Part shown: one piece after another, positions 25,049-34,029 of the stretch
How positions within the stretch are numbered: position 1 is the stretch's first letter
How the letters are laid out: each line of letters starts with the position of its first letter
From: Chiloscyllium plagiosum
Taxonomy: Eukaryota
Assembly: GCF_004010195.1 (NCBI RefSeq)
Contig: NC_057719.1
Coordinates: forward strand, 81,031,212-81,065,240
Reading direction: 5' to 3'
Length of the DNA: 34,029 nt
Program-made: the position numbers and the translations under genes
Notes under the pieces: generated by a model
What the model saw: the letters and a program-made list of their open reading frames with translations, nothing else
What the model was told of the DNA's origin: nothing
The model's database searches: none

Positions 25049-25390
25049 GGCACGGTGGCTCAGTGGTTAGCACTGCTGCCTCACAATGCCAAGGACTCAG
25101 GGTTTGATTCCAGCCTCCAGCGACTGTCTTTGTGGAGTTTGCATATTCTCCCTGCATCTGTGTGGGTTTCCTCCGGGTGCTCCGGTTTCATCCCACGGTC
25201 CTAATGTGCAGGTTAGGTGAATTGGCCATGCTAAATTGCCCGTAGTGTTCAGGGATATGTGGGTTAGATGCATTAGTCAGGGGAAAGGTTAAGTAATAGG
25301 GTAGGGGAATGGGTCTGGGTGGGATACTCTTCAGAGGGTCAGTGGGGACTTGTTGGGCCAAATGGCCTGTTTCCACACTATAGGGATTCT
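25049..25390 (+). mobile_element. HE1-type V-SINE, full length
   Basis: ggcacggtggctcagtggttagcactgctgcctcac...ttgggccaaatggcctgtttccacactatagggattct. Confidence 0.9.
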
Positions 25391-25809
25391 CTGAACTCAC
25401 CTTCAAGTTTGGATCCAGTTAATATTTCCTCGCGTGGGACAGATAGAAAGGGAGGGTAGCAACAGGAAAAGTCCCCTGGCTATGGGGCAAGTGAGATGAA
25501 GTGGGAAGTTTGGATGGAAGACAAATTGATGAACAAGAGGCGAGAGGCAAAGATACAGGGTTCGAGCAGGCCGTTTAGTGCAAGGCTGACAAAAACAGTA
25601 TCGTAGAAGGGTTGGGAATGTAATAATAGTGAGATGGTGGAGGAGAAACATGAAATGGAGGACAACATGTAACGGTTGAGGCCATATTTTCCACACAACC
25701 ATCAGTCTGATGCATCAGATAGCTGTTGCCTGCTTTTCCCATCGTAATTCGCCATAATGCCCGTTCCTCCTATCACTGTTCCCAAGCCCTCACTTACTGA
25801 GATTAAGTG

Positions 25810-25993
25810 AAATGAAACAAAGTACTGTGGATGCTGGAGATCTGAAACAAAAACAGAAATTGCTAAAGAAACTCAGTGGATCTGGCAGCACTTGTGGAGA
25901 GAAAACGGGGTCACTGGGTTTAAAACTTTAACTCTGTTTTCTCTTGATAGATGCTGCCAGACCTGCTAGGTTTGTCCAGCAATTTCTGTTTTT
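25810..25993. repeat. Palindromic Penelope-type repeat
   Basis: Inverted arms caaaaacagaaattgct..tctggcagca / tgctgccaga..agcaatttctgtttttg; gattaagt on both flanks (25801-08, 25994-26001). Confidence 0.7.
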
Positions 25994-26569
25994 GATTAAG
26001 TAAAAAGGATCTATTCTTGGTCATTCCATTAAGCATGAAAGGAACTGAATACATATCATCACAATCAAGCTGACAGCATAGCATGCTTCAATAGCCCAAT
26101 AACATTTGTGTAATTTTTCCCATTTGCATAAGTTGGGAAATGGACAATTAAAATGAACCATACTCCATAAGATTTATAAATTAATCATTTACAGCTAGGT
26201 TTGTAGACATTCTTTACAAGCATAAAAATTATTGGACTAACATCACTTATATCAGACTCCAACAGTACCAATAATCCAGATAGTTACTGGGGTATTAAAA
26301 TGCTTTCCTCAATTTAAAGTCTGTGTAGAGACGATTAATTATTATGGGTCAATGTGAATTCAGTTTTCTAAGGCCTTTTGTAATCTGTTATAGAACCACT
26401 TGAAAAAAAAAAGGATTCCCACATCTATAATGTTTAAAAGCCAATTTAGAGCACTGAACAGTAAATTTGAATATCTCTGCTTCCTCACTCTCCACGGGAG
26501 TTGTACCGGAGGATTGGAGGGAGGCGAATGTTGTTCCGCTTTTCAAGACGGGGAATAGGGAAATCCATT

Positions 26570-26999
26570 CATTTAATTCAATTTTGTTTGAGAGACAATA
26601 ATTTTTTTGAGAGCATGTTGTTCGATGGGCAATTAGCTTTCCAGGAGTTTCTTTCTATGGCAGTTACTCTCTGACCCATTTTCAAAATGGCTGCCTTCTT
26701 ATACCTGCCAACATTGGATCGTCTCATTGGTTTGATGCTGGCAAATCAATAAATTCAAACTCAATTATGCTTTAGTATCCTGGGGCATAGTTTAAACTGA
26801 TGGGTTAAATTTGAATAGTTGTCAAAACAATAACCAAAACTCAGGTATCCATTTCACAGCCAAATGTTACATATTTTCAATTTTCCACTATACTCTGGGA
26901 CTGCCGACTGGCTGTATACACTGGTGCTAATAATCTCTCAGTTCAGAATATCACTCTCTCTCTCTTAAAGGTACAGTGCACACCTTCAACTTCATAACA
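26570..26999 (-). mobile_element. Possible LTR fragment
   Basis: The minus strand begins TGTTATGAAG..TGCACTGTACCTTTAAGAGAGAG, resembling recalled shark gypsy LTR starts. The other end is undefined and no TSD was seen. Confidence 0.4.
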
Positions 27000-27009
27000 G
27001 TACTTAAAA

Positions 27010-28790
27010 ATTGATAAGGGACCAGAAGTGATGAGACGCATCTGAGAATATTATAGGGAGTGAGACTGGAAACTGCAGAGGCACTGGCAACAATCTTTCA
27101 ATCTTCCCTGGATTCAATGATCATGCCGGAGGCCTGGAAATTTTCAAAAGTAACACCCTTGTTCAAACATGTGTGTATGGATAAGCCTAGCAACTACAGT
27201 CCAGTAACTTTAGTGGCAGGGAAATTTCTTGAAACAATTATTTGGAATAGAAGTAATAGTCACATAGGAAGGTGTGAGTTAATTAAAAAGAGCTGGTATA
27301 CATGGCCTTCTAGAAGGCATTTGATACAGTATTAAATAGCAGACCTGTAAGAAAACTTGTAGCTCATGGAATAAACAGAATAGTAGCAACATGGATACAA
27401 ATTGGCTTAAGGATAGGAAATAAAAGAGTAATAATTAACAGATTTTCCAGGCTGGAGGAAGATTTGTGTTGGAGTTCCCAAGGGATCAATCTTGGACCCT
27501 TGCATTTCCTGATATATATTACTGATCTTGATCTTGGTGCACAGGGGACGATTTCCAAGTTGTGAATGATGCGAAATTTGGAAGTACTATAATATGAGGA
27601 AGACTAGGTAAAACTCCAAAAAGGACAGTGACAAGTCGGTGGAGTGGATAAATGCATGGCAGGTGAATTTCAATGTAGAAAAGTAAGGTGATAGATTTTG
27701 GGAGAAAGAACATAGGAATAGAGTATGAAATAAAGATTTACAAGGATGTTGCCAGGGTTGGAGGATTTGAGTTATAGGGAGAAGCTGAACAAGCTGGGGC
27801 TGTTTTCCCTGGAGCGTCGGAGGCTGAGGGGTGACCTTACAGGGATTTACAAAATTATGAGGGGCATGGATAGGATAAATAGGCAAAGTCTTTTCCCTGG
27901 GGTCGGGGAGTCCAGAACTAGAGGACATAGGTTTAGGGTGAGAGGCGAAAGATATACAAGAGACCTAAGGGGCAACCTTTTTCACGCAGAGGGCGGTACG
28001 TCTATGGAGTGAGCTGCCAGAGGATGTAGTGGAGGCTGGTACAATTGCAACATTTAAGAGACATTTGGATGGGTATTTGAATAGGAAGGGTTTGGAGGGA
28101 TATGGGCCGGGCGCTGGCAGATGGGACTAGATTTGGTTGGGATATCTGGTCGGCATGTCAAAGCTGGTGTATTTACATGCAAATAGTCACGAACAGGGAC
28201 AGGTCGGATAAAGAAAGCAGTTTGTAAAATGTACAGTACCCTCAGTTTTATTAATAGGGCCAGAGAGTACAGAAGCAACGAAGTGATGCTGAATGTGTAT
28301 CAGACCTGTTGGACCACAACTGCAATAGTGCATACAGTTCTAGATGCCGTGCAAAAGACAGGATGCGAACACATTGGAGAAAGCAGTTTATGAGAGTGGT
28401 TCCAGGGATGAGGAACTTCAGTTATCAAGATAGATTGGAGAAGTTGTGACGTTTCCTTTGGACAGGTGATGGTTAAGAAGAGATTTAGTAGCTGAAGGTA
28501 AATTGTTCCCTCTCATTAAAGTATTGAAAACAAGAGGGAAAGGCTATAAAGTTACTTGTAAAAATTAAATGTGACATGAAAAAAAATTGAATGCTTCACC
28601 ATCTGAAGCATACTGCCTGAAGTGTAGTGGAGGCAGGTTCAATTAAGCATTCGAGAGGACATTAAATTATTATTTAAATAGAAACAATGTGGAATAGCAT
28701 GGCAAAATAGAACAGACTGTCACCACTTCATCAGTCACAGTTCAGATATGATGGTCCTTTTGTACTATAACAATTCTGTAATTCTAAATT
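27010..28790 (+). mobile_element. Older CR1 LINE ORF2 remnant with a younger CR1 3' fragment nested at ~27735-28157
   Basis: Older part: ALATIFQSSLDS..PEAWKFSKVTPLFK..DKPSNYSPV and GVPKGSILGP. Nested part: MLPGLEDLSYREKLNKLGLFSLERRRLRGDL..SRTRGHRF. Confidence 0.85.
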
Positions 28791-28853
28791 TAGCATTGCA
28801 TTACTCAACAAGGTTGTGAGTGAGTCTGTCTGTAGAATTTGTGATTCAGTTTA

Positions 28854-29011
28854 CAGAGGAACCTCAATTATTCAAGTATCTCATTCGGTTAATCGAATTC
28901 TAGATAATCAAATGCCAGATAACATAGTCTAGCCAAACATCGGGACCATGCGATCTTGCCGGATAATCCGATATTCAAATAACTGAATACGAAATAATCG
29001 AGGTTTCTCTG
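28854..29011. mobile_element. Tc1/mariner (Tigger-like) MITE, same family as 2614-2778
   Basis: TA flanks at 28852-53 and 29012-13; TIRs cagaggaacctcaattat / ataatcgaggtttctctg; shared internal gataacatagt..catcgggac..gataatc. Confidence 0.85.
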
Positions 29012-29452
29012 TATATGAAACCAATTATTACAGAAGTTAAAGTTCATCTCTAGATTAGCTTAAAACACCAAACAGAAGGATATTTTTTAAAAAACCTAAG
29101 TCAATTTTGAAAACAGACATGCATAACCTCAGAAAGAGGGAGAAAGAAAATTCTCAATTCTGCAGAAAATAATAAAAGTTTTTACAAACATTATTTCATA
29201 GGCTGTTCACTGGACATCTATAGGCCATCACTGGAGGTAGTAGTTTTGAGCTGCCTTATTGAACTTCTGCAGCCCTTAGGTCCACTTGCAAAGTTATCAG
29301 GAAGATATTTCCAGGATTTGGCCCAGTAATAGTAAAGGAACAGTGATATGTTTTCAAGTCAGAATGGTGAGTGGCTTGGAGGGGAACTTGCAATTTGAAC
29401 TAAAGGGCACTATTCAGCCTCCTGACTATGTTCCACAATTCAATGACATAAT

Positions 29453-29642
29453 GTCAGAAGTCACACAACAATAGATTATAATCCAATAGGTTTATTTGAA
29501 ATCACAAGCCTTCCGACACTTCACCTGATGAAGCAGCAGCGCTCCAAAAACGTGATTTCAAATAAGCCTGTTAGAATATAAACTAGTGCCATGTAACTTC
29601 CGATTTTGTCCAACCTAGTGCAACACTGGTACTTCCACATCA
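29453..29642. repeat. Palindromic Penelope-type repeat with hammerhead-like core
   Basis: Imperfect inverted arms 29453-29505 / 29552-29604; CTGATGA at 29525-29531. Confidence 0.7.
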
Positions 29643-29937
29643 ATGAAATAACTGTTGACCTGTATGTTAACTACATCTGTAATCTTTGCCTAACAAAAAC
29701 TTGTTGATGCCAATTCTGAAAGTTTCCACTGGCTTTCCAAAGGCTTTTCTTTCAACTTTATTGTGAAGGCATGTTTCCTGACATCAACTCATTTTAAATC
29801 CTGATTTTAAGATATGGCTCCTCATTCTAGAATCTACTACCAAACCCCTTAATTCCATTATACCTTGGCTTTCCATAAGCAACCAAATATAGACTTAGTC
29901 TTTGCAATCTGTCCTCATAATTCAACCCATCACGAAC

Positions 29938-30194
29938 CTCTGGCGCATGGCCAAGTATCTCACATCCAAGCAGCCCCTGACCATAATGCAGTAATCTCGG
30001 AATAACTTGCAGCCATCTTCGAAAGCATCAACACCAACTTTTAGAACACTACCATTCCCCAGTAGGTCGAGCAAAGTTTTCGGCATCAAGCGACCATCCC
30101 TGATCATCTGGGGCATGCGGACAAGAAGGCAGAAGCCACTGTAAGATGCAAGCTGAAGGAGAGACACTGGGTTTGGTTTCCCCTTTATAGAAAT
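29938..30194 (-). CDS. EXD2: EXD2 coding exon 2 (257 nt), DEDDy exonuclease domain
   Basis: Acceptor tttttcag|ATT; translates ISIKGKPNPVSLLQLAS...LKVGVDAFEDGCKL...GCLDVRYLAMRQ(R); phase-2 donor AG|gttcgt. Confidence 0.95.
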
Positions 30195-30369
30195 CTGAAA
30201 AATAATTTCAAGATAGCAAGTCAAATAAATGTAATTGTTGCCAGGGTTAAACTAAAAGATTAAACATTCCAGAGACAGAAATATAACCTACAAAAACAAA
30301 TCAGTTAAATCCAGTCTACTCACTCTTTCAGAAGTGCAAGTTATGCTAACTTCCATCCCAATAACTGCA

Positions 30370-30900
30370 TTATACATGCTTTCAATGTAACCAAATTTCC
30401 CAAGGTACTTTACAGAAGCTTTGTCAAACAACATTTGACATCAAGTCTCAAGACCAGAAAGCTTATTAAACACAGGTAGATATGATTGAAGACCTAAAAG
30501 GCGACAGACAGACAGGTTTGAGGAAAGATTGCCAAATGTCAAGGATGAGGAAGTTGAAGACAGCCACCAAAAGTGGAGTGCAGGGATATGAGGATGTACA
30601 AGAGGCCAGAACTGGGAGGAGCACAGACAGTAGAAGGCTATAGGACTGGAGGAAATTACAGAAATAGGAGTGAGTGAAGCTAAAGGGATTTGGACAATGT
30701 CGAGATGGTTTTGATCCATCAGGAGTTAAGATAGGCTTATGAACATACCGTCAAAGGATGAACTGGACTGATGCAAGGTACGGTACAGGGAGCAGACCTT
30801 GAGTGAACAAAGGGTGATAGCTCAACCAAGAGAGTATCAGGATAGTTGAGGTAACAAAGAGGTGGTAGGGGTTTCTGGAAATGAGAGGTCTTTTACTTAA
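30370..30900 (-). mobile_element. Highly decayed L2-like LINE 3' fragment
   Basis: Purine-rich pattern (cccaaggtactttacag..acatttgaca..gagcacaga..gactggaggaaattacaga). Similar stretches at ~8165-8500, ~18000-18290, ~21800-22600, and in reverse at ~1000-1320 and ~3640-3910. Family assignment is inferred. Confidence 0.45.
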
Positions 30901-31739
30901 GCACCCTGCAGACTATGTTTTCTAACTGCACATTCCAACTTTGTTAACATCAGTGCTGTGCTCTGGTTTTAGAGGCAGTGCCTGACATACAATACTCACA
31001 ACTCAGTCTATCCTCTCCATAGCACCTTGCATTTAGTAAATGCTGCTTTTGGGTGCTATGGTTGCTGCAGGCTGACAGATGGACAGCAAGGCACTAAGGG
31101 TGACACGGCTGACCATTCCTTGAGCTGGTAATAAAATATTTCACTCCATCGTGGGGCTTTACAAAATTGGGTTACATACTTGAAAACTTGTGGAGAAAGC
31201 CTGGGATTTAGCACATGGTTTTGTCTAGGTAAGGGGAAGTTAGATAAACATAGCGGAGAATGCAATAGAGGTCAAATGAAGTAAGGTGTGAAGACATTCA
31301 TGTGGAGTATAAATCCGCTAAACTAAATGATTTATTTTCATGTAGTTCTATGCATGGAAGTTCAGGGTCAACTTAGAAGACACAACTGGAAGCAGTTTAC
31401 TTCAACTTTAGAAACTGGCCAAGGAGAGAGATGGAGTCAGTAGCAAGATAACTGAGTTTATGGGGGGACTGAAAGCAATGTTTTAGTCTTTCCAATAGTT
31501 AGTTGGAGGGTATCATTGATCAGTTAAGGAACAAGACAAGTCAGTTTACTTGCATGCATGTGCAACTCCAAGCATTAGAGTCAGTCTTCAGCAATACCAG
31601 ACCACAGGCCTTGGAAAGTCCATTTTCCAAAGGCAGTGTGCTCCACAGTATCCAGGTACCAACAATTTAAAATGCACCGTTTTATTGTCCATTTCTGGAA
31701 TTTTTTTCTACAATATTTAGTACATTTTTCAATAAGACT

Positions 31740-32090
31740 GATCAGTGGGTTGTACTCTCCTCTCTCAAGCTGCAAGGTTGGGGCTTTGAAGCTGACTCCA
31801 GAGTTCAGCACAAGGAGGCATGGCTGAAGTGATATCCTCTGAATCAGCATTAAACTGAAGCCTTGTGTGTCCTCAGATAGACATGAAAGATCTCTTAGCA
31901 CTACTAAGGAATTCTCGCTAGCATCCTAGCCAATATTAATGGCTCAATCAGCATCACTAAAGAAAACATAATCTGTTTAGCTATTACCAAATTTGTAGCA
32001 GTCCGTGTGCAAGTTGATTACTGTTTTCCCATATTCAAACTATGACTGCACTTCGAAAGAACAAGTACTTTGTCCACTATGAAGCACTGC
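31740..32090 (+). mobile_element. Old SacSINE1/DeuSINE-like SINE
   Basis: ttaaactgaagcc..ctcagatagacatgaaagatctcttagcacta..cctagccaatatt..catcactaaa..gactgcacttcgaa, colinear with 21045-21575. Smaller pieces at ~285-410, ~3105-3220 and ~15520-15640. Confidence 0.6.
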
Positions 32091-32100
32091 AAAAATGGAG

Positions 32101-32436
32101 GAGCTGCATTATAAGCAGAGATACAGTCGGTAACACAGAGTGCTGAGGGAAGGTTTCTCTATAAAACATGTTTTTCAGACGGGACATGACAACTCTGGAG
32201 GAAATGGGACTTGAACCCTGGCCTCCTGGTCCAGAGATGGAGACACTGTCACTGCATCACAAGAGCCCCTGTGGGAATGTATTATTCTGTGACAGAGTGA
32301 ACGAGCTGGATTAACATCAGTAGGTACAGTCAGTAAAACAGGGTGCTGAGGGATGCATCACTGAGTGACCATGTAGGGGAGCTGATTAAAATCAATAGAG
32401 ATACAGCCGGTAACACAGCATTCTTGGGGACAGGTG
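32101..32436. repeat. Three diverged ~50-bp direct repeats
   Basis: gagctg..atta..agagatacagtcggtaacacagagtgctgagggga-like units start at 32101, 32303 and 32379. Confidence 0.75.
32170..32270 (-). mobile_element. Short tRNA-like SINE head (third family)
   Basis: Minus strand gggctcttgtgatgcagtgacagtg...ccagggttcaagtccc, with A-box and B-box-like motifs. Confidence 0.5.
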
Positions 32437-32565
32437 ACTGAGTGAGTCAGGGACCTGGAAATATAATTCTTAAATTTTACCACCTAATTTCAAGTAATTT
32501 GCTTTCAATCCCATGTGGGAAGTGCAGAGCAACAGAAATCGACAGATGTTATCAATACCACTTAC

Positions 32566-32907
32566 CCATTCACAGTCAATTCCTATGAGAGGGTAATTAT
32601 CCAGTTCTGACTTCAGCAATGGCCAGGCTTGCTCCCATTCATCCTCTGACTCCACTATGAAGGCATCTGCAGAGAGCAGTTTTCCCACCAGCAAACTGGG
32701 ATTGACAAAATCGTCTGTATTATCTATTTGGCAAGATTCCTCTCCATCAGTCTGTGTGGTTTCCTCTCTTTCCACACCCTCTTCATTCTGGTTCGCAAGA
32801 GCCTTCTTCCATTTGGGACTTTTAAAGGCTTTCCACAAGTACAGGCAGCCAACAGCAGTACCCAGTAACGTGGCTGCTGTCACCACTAAGGCTTGCGGCC
32901 GGGACAT
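32566..32907 (-). CDS. EXD2: EXD2 coding exon 1: N-terminal transmembrane anchor and ExoI motif
   Basis: Translates MSRPQALVVTAATLLGTAVGCLYLWK...ELDNYPLIGIDCEW, matching the recalled vertebrate EXD2 N-terminus (MSRQNLVALTVTTLLGVAVGG...FPVLGIDCEW). Start context aaaccATG; phase-0 donor TGG|gtaagt at 32565. Confidence 0.96.
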
Positions 32908-33069
32908 GGTTTACCAATCTCCTTGAGGATCTGACTCCGTCCACACATTACTTGTCAGATGGAAGGGACAGGGTGCAGCTTCCTACAGAACAATGTCCTT
33001 AGTCGAAGCTCGAAGCACTCCAAACAAAGCTACCTGCTTTACAATTTTCCAAAGAACATGATCATCAGG
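32908..33069 (-). other. EXD2: Probable 5' UTR part of the first coding exon of EXD2
   Basis: Strong acceptor ttttttttattttacag| ends at 33070. A weaker alternative (ttctgtag, AG at 32984-32983) also exists. No promoter or CpG island is seen in the window, so upstream non-coding exon(s) probably lie outside it. Confidence 0.55.
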
Positions 33070-33124
33070 CTGTAAAATAAAAAAAAACTTTAGTGTCCTT
33101 TCTTTGGCGCACTACAGAATCAGA

Positions 33125-33275
33125 GGTTCGGTTTGCGTTAGCTGGTTTGGAATGCAAAGTGAAAGCAACAGTGCAAGTTTAACTTCCACACTGGCTAAAG
33201 TTACCATGAAGGTCCCACCTTCTCAATCTTGCCCTTCACCTGAGGCGTGATGATCCTCAGGTTAAACTGCCTGTC
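33125..33275 (+). mobile_element. tRNA-derived SINE (second family), diverged
   Basis: ctggctaaagttaccatgaaggtcc..ttctcaatcttgcccttcacctgaggcgtgatgatcctcaggttaaac, matching the other two copies. Confidence 0.65.
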
Positions 33276-34029
33276 ATGAGTGCAACGTTATTCCAAAACC
33301 TATTGTCGAGCTAAATGCCTAAGTGATTCCCTATTGTATATCTCACCCAAGTCCTTACAATCCATTTTTAATATCCAGGCAAGTATACTCTGGTATTCTG
33401 TTCCTGTTCCCTTTTTATAAAGTTGGTGGCCCTTTGCTAATTTCTAAAATACTTCCAGTTCTTGCACTTGCTCCTGCTCTTTGCAAAATTTTAAGCTAGT
33501 TTTAATCTAACACAATCCTTAGGTTCCTCAGCAGCTGATGGATGGATCTTACTGAGTTTTTGTTCTTGAATAGAATATGTTATTGGTAAAGTTTCTTTAA
33601 ATGCTTCCCTCTGTTATTTACCCAATTAAGCTCTCCCCTCATGTTTACATTCCAGTATAATCTATTCTTAATGTTATGATCATTATTTCACAACCGATTT
33701 TTAATATGAAATTACTGATGAACTCTCCTTCATTGCACATTACTGGGTCTAAAATAGCGTCATCTCATTTGTTCTTCAACATACAGTTCCAGGAATATGT
33801 TATGATAGTATTTTACAAGTACGTTAAGGCCTTTGCTAATTTGATTTATCTAATTGATATGAAGTCTAAAATCCCTCACAGTTAGTACATTGCCTTTGTT
33901 ATAAGCTCCAATTATTTCCTGCTTAATACTCTGCCCAACATTGTAACTACTTTGATGAAGCCCATAAACTACTTCCACCAAATGTTTTGGATGGGCTGGG
34001 GGGGTGGGGGGAGTGAGGGAGTGAGTGTG

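Noticed and set aside
25049..25125. tRNA gene
   Set aside because: The A/B boxes are the head of a SINE and continue into the V-domain body.
27060..28012. RT-like ORFs as an active LINE
   Set aside because: Short, interrupted by stops and frameshifts, and made of two nested truncated CR1 copies.
32101..32436. CRISPR-like repeat-spacer array
   Set aside because: Eukaryotic intron, degenerate units, irregular spacing, and no cas genes.

Overview
Vertebrate genomic DNA, almost certainly a shark or other elasmobranch (inferred from dense HE1-type V-SINEs, CR1/HER1-type LINE remnants and SacSINE1/DeuSINE-like repeats). The window holds most of the EXD2 gene (exonuclease 3'-5' domain-containing 2) on the minus strand. 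Seven coding exons (32907-32566, 30194-29938, 22956-22830, 17098-16770, 6197-6091, 4314-4179, 1712-1356) splice in frame through GT-AG introns to give 551 codons; the final exon lies beyond position 1. The introns are mostly transposon debris. The most notable element is a decayed Gmr1-like Ty3/gypsy retrotransposon (~8870-14630, +) with the atypical gag-PR-IN-RT-RH order and five nested insertions. Other points of interest are a 274-bp local templated duplication inserted into a SINE head, a NAGNAG acceptor, uORFs, inverted SINE pairs flanking exons, and Penelope-type palindromes with a decayed hammerhead core. I found no convincing novel biological system. Family names come from recalled similarity, not from database searches.
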